Both the position numbers and the translations under genes were made by a program. Shown one piece after another: positions 40,201-50,473 of a stretch of 64,000 bases of DNA (its first letter is position 1; every line of letters starts with the position of its first letter). The DNA lies in the NCBI GenBank assembly GCA_963691875.1, contig OY829846.1:1216001-1280000 (forward strand), in the 5' to 3' direction. The notes under the pieces were generated by a model. The model saw only the letters and a list, made by a program, of their open reading frames with translations. It was not told where the DNA came from and searched no databases. This DNA comes from Aureliella sp. (GTDB lineage Bacteria > Planctomycetota > Planctomycetia > Pirellulales > Pirellulaceae).

Positions 40201-40820
40201 CCCAATCAGTCGTACGAGACCCAAGCTGCACGCCGCCCGGCAGTTATAAGCTCCAGGCGTTGGACTACCTTACTGAACTCTCGTTGCACACTTCTCCTGC
40301 CAGAGAAATAGAGCAAAGACCTTTTGGATCGAGATTCATCGAATACAAAGGGTCTTTTCTTTTGGTTTCACGCCATTCCAGACGGCTCGACTTTATTGCT
40401 CGTTTCACCCAGCAAGCAACACGCGGACTGCGGAACCAACGCCAAATAAACCAAGCACACCTGCTACCACAAGGCAGGGAAGGATGGGCAGCGATCGCGA
40501 GCGCAATATGCCGCTGTCAGCCGCTAGGAAAAATCGACAAACCGAGCATCCAAGCGCGATCCTCCAGTTCAAAACCCAACCCAAGAAGATGGATAACGCG
40601 GTGAGCTGGCTATCTCGTGCCACATGCAAGAAAAAACCGTAAAGAGGAGTCGACGCATTCACAGAATGCAAAGGCTGGAAATTCCATTCTTGCTCCCGAT
40701 CTCTGAACTATCGGCCTTTCAAATTCCGTTTGGGATCCGGCGATGGGTTTGGGACTCTCGTTTGCCATGTCCTCTCCCCCAAGATCGCTGCCCTTAGTTA
40801 CAAATACCGGACTGCGCAGC

Positions 40821-41894
40821 CTAAGACTTGGTAGCGGGCAAAACCTGCTCAAAAAACCGAAACCAGTTACCGTGCATGATGCCGCAGATATCTTCTGAGG
40901 AGTAGCCTCGCCGATCCAATAATTCGGGAATGATCTGCAAGTCGGAAATACGATCTAAGTCTCGTGGAGTCTGCTCAGCACCGTACCCGCCATCCAGGTC
41001 ACTACCAATTCCGACTTGAGTTGCGTTGCCAGCGAGCTGGCAGACGATGTCAATGTTCTCAACAGCAGTCTCGATGGTGGCCAACAATTCGGACTCGCGC
41101 CTAACGTAACCTTCTTGAAGCATGATGATGTCAAACGCGATACCGACGACTCCACCGCGAGCGAGAACCGCTTTGTACTGCTCGTCACTAAACTGCCTCT
41201 GCCAATTCGCAAGCCGCCTCGAATTCTGATGGCTCGCATGTACAGGCCCGTCGAACCAGTCCAACGCTTGCGGAAATGCGTTATCGGACAAATGTGTCAG
41301 ATCAAGCGTCATTCCAAGCTTGGAGATCTTCTGCAACAACCGCTTCGCCTTGGGCTCAAGACCGCGCCGACTGTTCGTCCCTCCACCGTAACGATTGTCA
41401 CCATAATGAGTGAGTCCTATCGCTCGTAGGCCATGCGAATAGAATTCCTCGATCGCTTCCGGTGTAAGTAGAGGATCAGCTCCTTCCATCGTGAGAATGA
41501 AGCCGAGCGGTGCCGTGCCACCGTCAGACTCAACTTGCCTTCTGTGATATAGCAAATCTTCGTTATTGCGCAGGATGCGAAGATGGCCTCCTTTCTCAAG
41601 AGCTCGATAGTAGGCGAGATGTGCGTGGGCCATGGCGTAGCAAGTGTGCTCGCTAGTCCAACCAAAGCTGTGGTTGATCTGAGGTTCCTGCCGCGCCAGA
41701 AGCGTCGCCAAACAAGTTTTCACTTGGGCTGACTCCAGCTCAGGCAAACTCACCGTGTTGGTGGCGCGGCCAGCTTGATCTTGCATGCCCAGATTACGTT
41801 CCTCGGCACGAATCTCGTCTACGGATTTTCGCAGATCTCGATTCCAGTCCACTCCGTTGAGTCCTAGATCAAGATGAGCGTCGAAAATATGCAT
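40821..41894 (-). CDS. Membrane dipeptidase (peptidase M19)
   Basis: FDAHLD, MEGAD, GLTHYG, DLTHLS, ASHQN, GIGSDLDG, GNWFRF. Confidence 0.9.
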   Translation of the reverse strand: MHIFDAHLDLGLNGVDWNRDLRKSVDEIRAEERNLGMQDQAGRATNTVSLPELESAQVKTCLATLLARQEPQINHSFGWTSEHTCYAMAHAHLAYYRALEKGGHLRILRNNEDLLYHRRQVESDGGTAPLGFILTMEGADPLLTPEAIEEFYSHGLRAIGLTHYGDNRYGGGTNSRRGLEPKAKRLLQKISKLGMTLDLTHLSDNAFPQALDWFDGPVHASHQNSRRLANWQRQFSDEQYKAVLARGGVVGIAFDIIMLQEGYVRRESELLATIETAVENIDIVCQLAGNATQVGIGSDLDGGYGAEQTPRDLDRISDLQIIPELLDRRGYSSEDICGIMHGNWFRFFEQVLPATKS

Positions 41895-42079
41895 GATTCC
41901 CCGCTTTTATGAAGCTTGCCGAACATTGAGACTTTGCCTGCTCAGGATCTTCGATACGATACGTCACCTCTGGCTGCAATGAAAGTATGCCGAAGACTGG
42001 ATAGCGCACGCAGTACAGAGGCGACTCGCAGATCGACGAATAAAACGCCTCCTAGATGCCCAAGACAGGACCAATTCCG

Positions 42080-42472
42080 ATGGCAATGAACACTGAGTTA
42101 GGACAACAAATCGCAGATGCAGCGGATCAAGAAGATGTCGTCGTCATTGAAAGCCTGCTACGTGGAAACGAGCTGATTGTCTTGCAGCAGACGACAGACG
42201 AAAATGGCGAGCCTCTCGAAGAGGAAGGGGATCTCAGTGTCGTTCTCGCGGAATTGGACGATGAAGTCGCGGTGATCAGCTTTACTGATATTCATTTCGC
42301 AGAAAAATTCACGGAGGTCTTTGCGGACAAGATGGAGGAAGACAGTCCACAAATCGTTGTCACTGGCGACTCCTTGATGGACGGTCTGCCAAATGAATGC
42401 GGCTTGTTGGTGAATCCAGGAAGTGAGCAAGAATGTTTCTTTCCGCCCGGCACTTTTGCTACTGCAGAATAA
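42080..42472 (+). CDS. Acidic SseB-family-like protein
   Basis: Very acidic; VISFTD...GLLVNPG pattern typical of SseB-like domains. Confidence 0.65.
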   Translation: MAMNTELGQQIADAADQEDVVVIESLLRGNELIVLQQTTDENGEPLEEEGDLSVVLAELDDEVAVISFTDIHFAEKFTEVFADKMEEDSPQIVVTGDSLMDGLPNECGLLVNPGSEQECFFPPGTFATAE

Positions 42473-42700
42473 TCAAGCCTTTTGCTGCAAGCTACGAATA
42501 TAGTCGGCCAGCTCCTGAACTGTCTCGAGACTGAAGATGGTTTCGTTCATCTTTATCCCGAATTCCTTCTCTAGTTCAACGGTAAGTTCCGCCATTCCTA
42601 TGGAGTCTGCGCCAACATAGGTTAGTCCGTCGGTTAGCGTTGGAGATGAGCCAAACTTTTGGCGAATCTTCGTTAGCAGGATTTCTTCAATCGATTCCAT
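42473..42700 (-). CDS. Stand-alone acyl carrier protein
   Basis: 75 aa; GADSIGMAELTVELEKEFGI phosphopantetheine motif; TVQELADYI. Confidence 0.9.
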   Translation of the reverse strand: MESIEEILLTKIRQKFGSSPTLTDGLTYVGADSIGMAELTVELEKEFGIKMNETIFSLETVQELADYIRSLQQKA

Positions 42701-42964
42701 TTCGATATCCTTAACGCAGGAATGCTACAAGAGCTTCTTGTTCTCTAGCCGAACTCAAGCGAGGCAGAGGCGGCGTGAACCAAGAAACACCCGCCCATAC
42801 GAGCGATAACTACCGCGTCGGCTCACCGATTAAACCTTGAACCGCCCTGATCCTTGAACCACGGAATTCTAAGTGACTTGACTCTCTATTGTAAGACGGA
42901 GTAGCGAGCTATGTTACGCAATATCGCGTTGAAAAGAACCCGAACGCGTGGATGAAAAGTCCCG

Positions 42965-44023
42965 TCAAAAGGCCAGAAACTTTCCTTCCGGATCCATGGC
43001 TTTCTGCACAAGTCGAGCATGGGACCTCCACTCGAGATCACCTAACGCAAGTAGTTCTTCCCTACAATTACTGAGTTCGATTGCTGAATAACCATACTTT
43101 TGAAGTAGTTGATCCAAAGATTCATCTGCTCTTTCCGAATCTTGCCAGACCCAAACAAGTGTCCCACCCGCGGAAAGCCGAAATGAGTCCGATTCCGACA
43201 AATCGCTCGCCAGATCGTCCGCAAAATCGGCGATGGTCGCTGGCGAGGCAGCAACTCTAAGGAGATTTTTTCCATGCTCAGCGCCACGATCCAAAGCAGC
43301 TTTGCCATTTCCTTGGCTAGTGTCTCGTCCAGACAAAAGTGTCTTCGCCCGTTCGGTAACTGCCACCAATGCAGATGACAGTCCAGCGAATTCGCAATCT
43401 AGAAATGCGTCCTGACCGATCTCAAGGCTCGCGATCGGCAAGGGTTCACTGCGCAGGGCCCGAACGCACTGCATTGCATCATCAAAACTCGAGCACTCGA
43501 CTCGCAAACCTAGGTAAGTCTCTGGGGCAGGCAGAACTTTCAAAGTAACTTCTGTCAGCACGCCCAGACGGCCGTAGCTTCCAACCATAAGTTTGGGCAG
43601 GTCAAATCCTGCGGAGTTTTTAACGACTTTGCCACCTCCCCGAACAAGCTCGCCGAGGCCGTCGATCAGCTGAACCTCCATCACAAAGTCTCGAAGGCTT
43701 CCATACAGCAATTGCCTCGGACCGCTGACGCCACCAGCGATCGCACCGCCGATTGTGGACCCCCTTTCGCCCCACAATGGGTCAAAGGGCAAATACTGCC
43801 CCTGCTCAGCTAAAGCCGACACCAACGTATGAAGGGGAGTTCCTGCTAGTGCAGTAATGAGGAACTCCGATGGATCGTAAGTCACAATGCCATTCAAGTT
43901 CGCTGTGGGCAGCATCGAAGTATCAGCCGGTGCAGAAAGCAATCCAGGATACGTTTTATTGCCCTGTGGCAAGATCTTGCTCAAGCTGCGAACAGCAGCC
44001 TGCATTTCGCTGAGCACTTTCAT
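42965..44023 (-). CDS. glcE: FAD-binding oxidoreductase, glycolate oxidase subunit GlcE-like
   Basis: GIVTYDPSE...AGTPL...LPFDP...TIGG...GGKVVKNSAGFDLPKLMVGSYGRLG...MDPEG. GAGGAG RBS before ATG 44023. Confidence 0.85.
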   Translation of the reverse strand: MKVLSEMQAAVRSLSKILPQGNKTYPGLLSAPADTSMLPTANLNGIVTYDPSEFLITALAGTPLHTLVSALAEQGQYLPFDPLWGERGSTIGGAIAGGVSGPRQLLYGSLRDFVMEVQLIDGLGELVRGGGKVVKNSAGFDLPKLMVGSYGRLGVLTEVTLKVLPAPETYLGLRVECSSFDDAMQCVRALRSEPLPIASLEIGQDAFLDCEFAGLSSALVAVTERAKTLLSGRDTSQGNGKAALDRGAEHGKNLLRVAASPATIADFADDLASDLSESDSFRLSAGGTLVWVWQDSERADESLDQLLQKYGYSAIELSNCREELLALGDLEWRSHARLVQKAMDPEGKFLAF

Positions 44024-44034
44024 CACCTCACTCC

Positions 44035-44937
44035 TCAAATTGCTGCATTCCTGACTGCCTGCTCAATGTAATCCAGCTCCAAGTCTTCTCGCCAGGCTTG
44101 AGACAGGCGATGAAACAGGGAGCCCGTTTCACCGGACGCATAGTTCTGACATCTTCCTCTACATTCGAGCCGACTTGCAAACCAGAGGCAACTCGTCGTG
44201 CCCGTAAGCAACAACTCATCCGCCTGCAAGGTCATATCGAATGAGATGTGCTCGTAACTAACCCGCAAACCCATGGATTCAGCCAGCCTCAAGCTTCTCC
44301 TTAGACTCACGCCTTGCAAAATGGAATCCGGCGGCGGCGAAAGAAGCTTGCCATCATGTAGCAGAAGAATGTTCGCTGCAGAGGTTTCGGTAAGGCCTTC
44401 GTCAGCATTAGGCAATAAGCCAGCAGCCAGCTCATTGCCCGTCTGTTCTCGAGCCTGGCGATCTGCAAGATAGTATTGTAATCGCGAGCGCGTCTTGATC
44501 TGTGGGGACCAGCACTCGGCTGGTACGCTTTGAGCATCACTCACCACTAGTTCTTGGCCAACGCTGGTCAAGCTCGCAATTCTGGCCCAAGGCAACGGCT
44601 GAGCATGAACAAGCAAAGTTGGCTTGTCGGCAACTCCCGGTGTTGCCATCCAAACAATCGCCAGCTCTTCCTCTTCCAACATCTCGAAGTGCCGCTGCAA
44701 GCACTCAGTGGATAATTCCTCGAGTGACCAGCTGGCAGGCAGCTCGATCCCAAGTTGCCTACATGCCGATTCAAACCGTTCGCGATGTGCTGCCAAGTCT
44801 ATCAGCGAGGCATTGGCAGTTCGTAGCCGCTCCACAACGCTCGCCCCTTGAAGCACGCCAAGATCAGATAGAGACAGCCCTACCTCCGTCTGAGGCAACC
44901 AGCTTCCGCTGGACCAGGCAAACCATTGAACAGACAA
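44035..44937 (-). CDS. PLP-dependent aminotransferase class IV (IlvE/PabC-like)
   Basis: DLGVLQGASVVERLRT, H.ERF, IKTRSR (PLP Lys), ETSAAN, ILQGVS, LLLTGT. Confidence 0.85.
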   Translation of the reverse strand: MSVQWFAWSSGSWLPQTEVGLSLSDLGVLQGASVVERLRTANASLIDLAAHRERFESACRQLGIELPASWSLEELSTECLQRHFEMLEEEELAIVWMATPGVADKPTLLVHAQPLPWARIASLTSVGQELVVSDAQSVPAECWSPQIKTRSRLQYYLADRQAREQTGNELAAGLLPNADEGLTETSAANILLLHDGKLLSPPPDSILQGVSLRRSLRLAESMGLRVSYEHISFDMTLQADELLLTGTTSCLWFASRLECRGRCQNYASGETGSLFHRLSQAWREDLELDYIEQAVRNAAI

Positions 44938-45189
44938 TCAACCGACTTTGTACAAAAAAGTTCCATTGGCACTAGGATCGCTGAGAACAGGCGTGAAGCG
45001 ACGAAGCCCTCCTGTCAGAACTTGCAGATTTCCTCCACAACCCGCAGCGTTAGCTGGGCAATAGACTCCAATCTCCTCGCTCGGGCGTCAAGCTGTGATC
45101 GAGCAGCGAACCACCTCAGAAGCTTAACACGCAGAGCCGTTCAAGCGTAGCCTGGGCCCGGTGCTCGCATTCCATCGGGCATTTCGAGT

Positions 45190-46488
45190 TCAACGTCCTC
45201 CTGGAAGGAGTTGCCCAATCAAACGCGACAAACAGCGTTGGAACGGCTGGCAATCAATTAGATAGGCGAGCTCAGCGTGACTGCGACCAACCCATTTGGT
45301 GCAGTCGAACTGTCGAAGTTGAATAGTCGGGTTGGCTTGCCGATATCCTAGCAGACCTGCGAATCCGGCGGCGATGGGAGCGTGTTCGCGATCCAAGAAT
45401 CGGAACCGCTTCAGCGCGACATCCGACGAATTGTACAAATTGTCCAAACAGTCAACTTGATCCAAAGCATGCGAGTACTGACGATTAGCAGCAAGGTCAG
45501 AACGATCGATAGCCGCAGCCAGAAAAACAACGTTCAGCTCCGGACGCTCTATTCGCGACTCCAGCTGCACGCCCGACAGCTCCCCGCCGGCTTCCAAATG
45601 CAGGGCACCGCAAGCCACTCCCGTTCCAAAGCTATACCCAATCACCCCCATGGGATGCCCCTGAGGAACATATCGTAGCACCTGTGTTAAGTAGTAGGAT
45701 TCAGCGTTCAGTCGTGACCGCTTCTTCTTAACATCTTTCGCAAGGCCGGAATCTCGATCAGAGTCCCACGAGTAGATCAGGAACTGTATCGGCTCTTCAG
45801 TCATTGCCGACAAGCGCCGATAGATTAGCAGACCACGTTGGCGAGCTTTTTCCGCCGATGTCCAATTACCATGGATATAAACAACCGTTCTTCGGTTCGG
45901 CTGTGAGATCGACAATTCACAATCGCTGACAAAAGACACCGCGTCAGTCTCCTGCCATCGCTGGCCGTTAGCGCGGCGAAAGTGAATTTTCGGTAGTGGG
46001 TCTAGGATCGTCCGTGCAGGCAAGCTCCTTGCGTTGACTTCCCAAACCGCGTCGCCACTGCGAATGACGATCGGAGAACTTGGCTGCGGAGCCATGCCAC
46101 CAACTCCCAGAGCCGTCCGAGCGAAAGGCTCTTCCGGAAGTGATGGGGACGCTGCATCATGAGCCCTAGCTTCGGGTAGCACACTTGTTGGACCTAAACT
46201 TAGACTACTGCTAGGCGTCGGCGCTGGCATTTCTGCCACAACAGTATTGTGAGCCTGCCACCTCAAGTCGGGAGCTCTCAGGGATTTGCCGGGCGGAATT
46301 TCGATCAGTCCGGGATTTGCAAATTGCCCAGTCGTCGACTGGGCTTGCAGCGGAGTGTCAATGAAGGAAGTAAACGAAACAATGCCGAGTCCGAGTAAGC
46401 ATACAATCCGGCAGAAGTATTGACACAACGCGGCAGCACGCAGCTGCGCTGTGGTGGCTGCTCTCGGGAGAAGTGGTGAGTGGATCAA
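45190..46488 (-). CDS. Alpha/beta-fold hydrolase (DUF900-like), secreted
   Basis: VVYIHGN, YSW, GYSFG nucleophile, LAAA, YNSSD.AL, SH. Start uncertain. Confidence 0.75.
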   Translation of the reverse strand: MIHSPLLPRAATTAQLRAAALCQYFCRIVCLLGLGIVSFTSFIDTPLQAQSTTGQFANPGLIEIPPGKSLRAPDLRWQAHNTVVAEMPAPTPSSSLSLGPTSVLPEARAHDAASPSLPEEPFARTALGVGGMAPQPSSPIVIRSGDAVWEVNARSLPARTILDPLPKIHFRRANGQRWQETDAVSFVSDCELSISQPNRRTVVYIHGNWTSAEKARQRGLLIYRRLSAMTEEPIQFLIYSWDSDRDSGLAKDVKKKRSRLNAESYYLTQVLRYVPQGHPMGVIGYSFGTGVACGALHLEAGGELSGVQLESRIERPELNVVFLAAAIDRSDLAANRQYSHALDQVDCLDNLYNSSDVALKRFRFLDREHAPIAAGFAGLLGYRQANPTIQLRQFDCTKWVGRSHAELAYLIDCQPFQRCLSRLIGQLLPGGR

Positions 46489-47013
46489 GAGGCCTGCCCT
46501 CCTTGTCAGATTGCCGCCATACCTGCCCCTGGACTCCTTGAATCAACGTGTTGACTGAAGCCTGTCTGCTGTTGGGATGAAATCCTAGGAGATCGAACTT
46601 TACTCCTTCAAACTTACATCCGTGTCTTGAAACTCCGTCGCATCCTGCGAAATACCAAACTCAGTTGTGGGTATAGGCGCAAAGCCTGGAGGGTATACAA
46701 GCAAACCCAGAATTGCACCTCTTGGCGATAGCGTGCCTAAGCCCGTCGGCTTATTCAATGCCTCAAAGCCGCGTTGCTAATACCGCTAGTTGTAGCGATT
46801 ATGCCGATGCTTTGCCTTGTGCTACTTGGTGCATATCCTCGCATCCAATGAAAGCAAAGCCGACCGCAAGGGGTATCGTCAGTGGTGATGAGAAAACACC
46901 ACAATGTTGTCAGATTTCATCATGTTTCGTTTGCACTTCGTGTTCCATGTCGTAAGTTTTTCCGGGTCGTCAGAGACTCTGCGGATTGTCGAGACTGTGT
47001 GGAAGGAAAAACG

Positions 47014-47283
47014 ATGAAAAGACTAGCACTGATTGCATTACTGTTGGCTGCGAGCACTGGTTGCCGTGGTGGGATCATCGACCGCTGGTGGCACGGCGAC
47101 ATCTATCGCGGCGATGCGTGTGGCAGCTGTGGCTACAGACTACCCGCTGATCCCGGGTGCAGCTCCTGTGGCACAGCTGCAGGATACGGCACTTATGAAA
47201 CGCCATTAGAGGCCTACCCAACGATAGAAACCACGCCCCCGAGTATGGGGCCTATCGGCGGCGGAACGGGGACTGGTACCTAG
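47014..47283 (+). CDS. Small Cys/Gly/Pro-rich lipoprotein
   Basis: GGAAGGA RBS; MKRLALIALLLAASTGC lipobox; CGSC and CSSC motifs. Confidence 0.75.
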   Translation: MKRLALIALLLAASTGCRGGIIDRWWHGDIYRGDACGSCGYRLPADPGCSSCGTAAGYGTYETPLEAYPTIETTPPSMGPIGGGTGTGT

Positions 47284-47328
47284 TTCTCGCCCCAGATCTG
47301 ACGAACCCAGCAACGGGATTTCTGACGA

Positions 47329-47379
47329 GCAAGTGTGTGGTGTTTTCGGGGGGAACCACCACCGCTTGCCCGTTGTTTT
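47329..47379 (+). terminator. Long imperfect hairpin plus U-rich tail after the small lipoprotein
   Basis: GCAAGTG-t-GTGGTG-TTTTC...GGGAAc-CACCAC-CGCTTGC followed by ccgTTGTTTT. Confidence 0.55.
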
Positions 47380-47692
47380 ATGCGCTGGTGTCAAATCTGG
47401 ATGCGGGTTCCCGATTCGCGTTAGGGCGGAAGGCGAGTCAGAATTTACTCGTCCAAGCTCGTATCCATCTAGCATTCCCTCGAGCGAATGCACTTTCCAT
47501 TTGTAGAAGGCCTTCTGCCGATCGCCTCTGCCAGAGATAACGGCAGTATCAGACAGAAATACTTTTGCCTTTCACCATCTTGCCAACAAAAATAGATTGT
47601 GAGGCACAAGCTTTGCGGCGGATGGCCTAACCTTCTCTCTGACAACTCATCGGCAATTTCGTTCCTCTGCATATCACTTCGGATCGAACCTC

Positions 47693-48754
47693 ATGAAGTC
47701 ACTGCTTTCCCTCTACAGTTCGTTGATGCTGGTCCTCGTTTCGTCACCGATTGCAAGGACTCAGGATCAGCCTGCAGACGCGGCAGCGGATGCCAAGCCT
47801 GAAATGCTGACTTATGTCGCCCCCAAAAACATTGAGATGTTGATCGGCGTGAAAGTTAAAGCCGGCAATAGCAACATGGTTGGCACAAAAGCACTGACGG
47901 TGTTTCCCACTGAGTGGCCTGAGCAAAAGGTGGAAGTCGTCGCCGTGAACGTACCTCGCCCTTTCACTTATAGCCTGAGGGAATTACCCGGCAACAACAA
48001 GCAACTTGTACTACAGGCCCGTGGTGCGATTCCCGCGAATTACGAGGTCGAGGCGACAATACAGGTTCGCATTGAAAAGAAACACACAGTTGGTCCCGAT
48101 GATCCAACCACTCTCACCGTTCCACGACGACTCCCTCGTGAGGCGAAGATCTTTATGGGAAATAGTCCCTATATTGAAACCACCAGCGCCGAAGTAAAAC
48201 GAATCGTTCGTGAGATCCTGGCAGAAGAGCCGCTGACCGAGTGGAACAAGATTGAAATGTTTTACGACTGGGTCCGCGAGAATATTCAGTATGAAAATGG
48301 TGACCTGAAGAGTGTAAGACAAGCGTTGCGTGACAGAACAGGCGATTGCGAGGAAATGACCAGTACCTTCGTCGCGCTCTGTCGTGCAGCACGAGTCCCC
48401 GCTCGTTGCGTGTGGATCCCTAATCACTGTTACGCCGAGTTTTACATGCAAGACAAGGAAGGCAAAGGCTACTGGTTTCCTTGCCAGCTAGCGGGAACAC
48501 GCGCATTCGGTTCGATGCCTGAATATCTTCCGATCCTGCAAAAGGGAGATCGATTTAAAGTACCCGAGAAGAAGCAGTTAGAACGCTACTTGGCAGATCA
48601 TCTCAGCGCCGATCGCGTTTCTGGAACAGTTGACCCGAAAGTGACTTTCATTCGCCAGCTACTTGGCGACGCAGCCAAGCTTCCCGCCCCGGACCAGAAT
48701 GGAGCCGCCAATCCTAACGCGGCCGCCCCAGCAGCCGGTGGCTTCAACAACTAG
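47693..48754 (+). CDS. Secreted transglutaminase-like domain protein
   Basis: Signal peptide; YDWVRENIQY, GDCEE..FVALCRA..VPAR, HCYAEFY. Confidence 0.88.
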   Translation: MKSLLSLYSSLMLVLVSSPIARTQDQPADAAADAKPEMLTYVAPKNIEMLIGVKVKAGNSNMVGTKALTVFPTEWPEQKVEVVAVNVPRPFTYSLRELPGNNKQLVLQARGAIPANYEVEATIQVRIEKKHTVGPDDPTTLTVPRRLPREAKIFMGNSPYIETTSAEVKRIVREILAEEPLTEWNKIEMFYDWVRENIQYENGDLKSVRQALRDRTGDCEEMTSTFVALCRAARVPARCVWIPNHCYAEFYMQDKEGKGYWFPCQLAGTRAFGSMPEYLPILQKGDRFKVPEKKQLERYLADHLSADRVSGTVDPKVTFIRQLLGDAAKLPAPDQNGAANPNAAAPAAGGFNN

Positions 48755-48954
48755 CTCTGCGGTCCTAGTGTTTCGAATCTCTGCAAATGCGTCATAATCT
48801 TTGCCGCGGACCTTCATACTGAATTGCCGACAAAGCGTTTGAGCATTTGCACCGTCTCGCTAACTTGCTGCGAGATTGGGTTCCTGAGTGCACGTTTTCG
48901 TTGCTTCCGCTTCAAGCAATTTTTGCACTTGTGCTCACGGGCCTGAGATCGTCT

Positions 48955-50412
48955 ATGGCAGCAAAGTATCAATTACACCTCGTGCTCTTCTCCGCTTCCG
49001 AGGTCGCGTCCGGGTTTGCTGTGGCTGAACGCATTTGCGCCACTGCGGGATACACAGCCAAGATTACCATCGTGGCCAATTCGACCGCTTCGATGGTGAA
49101 ACAGGTGAAGCTGCGCCGCGATGACTCCGCGTATATGTCCAAGTCGCCGATCGAAGAGTTTGAAGGTGATGCGAAAGACTTCGCACGACAGCTGGACTCT
49201 GAACGAGGCTTGCGACTCGTACTCATTGCAGGACTAGACAAACTCGATGACTTCCGACGCGGTCTTCTCAAAACCTGTCGTCACGGTGTTTCCTGCTTCG
49301 AACCACACCCAAGCCTAGAAGAAGAACCTGAACGGTTCTCCATCGTTGCGGCCAAGCTCTCGACCAACGCGAGTTGGTTCTGCGGCACCGTTCAAGCAAT
49401 TCCAAAGCTCCAAGATCTCGACATTAAGCAGGAATCGCACGCTCCACAGCCAACCGGCGACGCCAAAAACTGGGTAGTCCTTTCCTGCGTGGCAGAAGAC
49501 TTAGATACCGGATTAAGACAAGCGCGTTCGATCATCGAATACGCTGCTGGCCCAGTGTTTCTTTTACGCAAAGAAAAGAGTTCCTGGGTTTGGTTCTGGG
49601 ATGTGAAGCTCCCAAATTTGGTTTCACGCTTTATCCCGCAGATGGAACGTCAACAACGTAAGGACTTGGCCGAGCAGCTTGAGAAATACTCTGGGCTCGA
49701 CTTCGAATTCGTTGCCCTCATATGCTGCTCGACTTTTTTGGCCTCCTTCGGACTGCTACAGAACTCGGCTGCCGTGATCATAGGTGCGATGTTGGTGGCT
49801 CCGCTGATGACGCCGATCCTCGGCGCGGGGCTTTCCATCTCCAACGGCAACCGCCCGCTGTTCCGGAGTAGTTTGCGGAGCATCCTGCTCGGATTCGTTG
49901 CGGCTCTGCTAACCAGTATGTTTTTCGGACTGCTGGTGCGCTTCCTCGTGCCAAGTATTCTCAACTACGAAGAAGGAGCGATTCACCTAACAGAAGAGAT
50001 GTGGTCGCGTTCCCACCCAACTGCAATTGATTTTCTCGTCGGCCTCGTTGGCGGCTCTGCTGCAGCTTTTGCAAGAACACGCACGCACCTCGCCGATGCA
50101 TTGGCTGGCGCCGCTATCGCAGCAGCCTTGGTTCCTCCGATCGCGACCGCTGGTATGCATATTGCATTTCAAGGCATCGAGATCCTTCCACCTGTTGGCT
50201 CGCGAGGTGCTGGGAATCTGATCTATGGGCCTGTGCTGCTATTCATCGCCAACATGTTAACGATCATGATTGGCTCCTCGTTTGTCCTCTGGGCATGTGG
50301 CGTTCGAGCACGTCACGGACATAGCCAAAGTGAAAAATGGGGCACGCGGATGACGTTCTTACTCATCATCCTCATGGTCACCATGCTGGTCTGGATCGTG
50401 CAGCATCCGTGA
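48955..50412 (+). CDS. DUF389 (TIGR00341-like) membrane protein with extra N-terminal soluble domain
   Basis: GLLQNSAAVIIGAMLVAPLMTPI, GAAIAAALVPP, LLFIAN. Start refined to ATG 48955. Confidence 0.88.
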   Translation: MAAKYQLHLVLFSASEVASGFAVAERICATAGYTAKITIVANSTASMVKQVKLRRDDSAYMSKSPIEEFEGDAKDFARQLDSERGLRLVLIAGLDKLDDFRRGLLKTCRHGVSCFEPHPSLEEEPERFSIVAAKLSTNASWFCGTVQAIPKLQDLDIKQESHAPQPTGDAKNWVVLSCVAEDLDTGLRQARSIIEYAAGPVFLLRKEKSSWVWFWDVKLPNLVSRFIPQMERQQRKDLAEQLEKYSGLDFEFVALICCSTFLASFGLLQNSAAVIIGAMLVAPLMTPILGAGLSISNGNRPLFRSSLRSILLGFVAALLTSMFFGLLVRFLVPSILNYEEGAIHLTEEMWSRSHPTAIDFLVGLVGGSAAAFARTRTHLADALAGAAIAAALVPPIATAGMHIAFQGIEILPPVGSRGAGNLIYGPVLLFIANMLTIMIGSSFVLWACGVRARHGHSQSEKWGTRMTFLLIILMVTMLVWIVQHP

Positions 50413-50473
50413 TGGAACGCATTGCTCTTGGTGTGGCGAAGCGTGGGATAAGCATCCTGTTTGTAATCTGCCC

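Noticed and set aside
40405..40770. Possible small membrane protein (RBS plus MANESP..., hydrophobic second frame)
   Set aside because: It needs a frameshift and has no recognisable homology.
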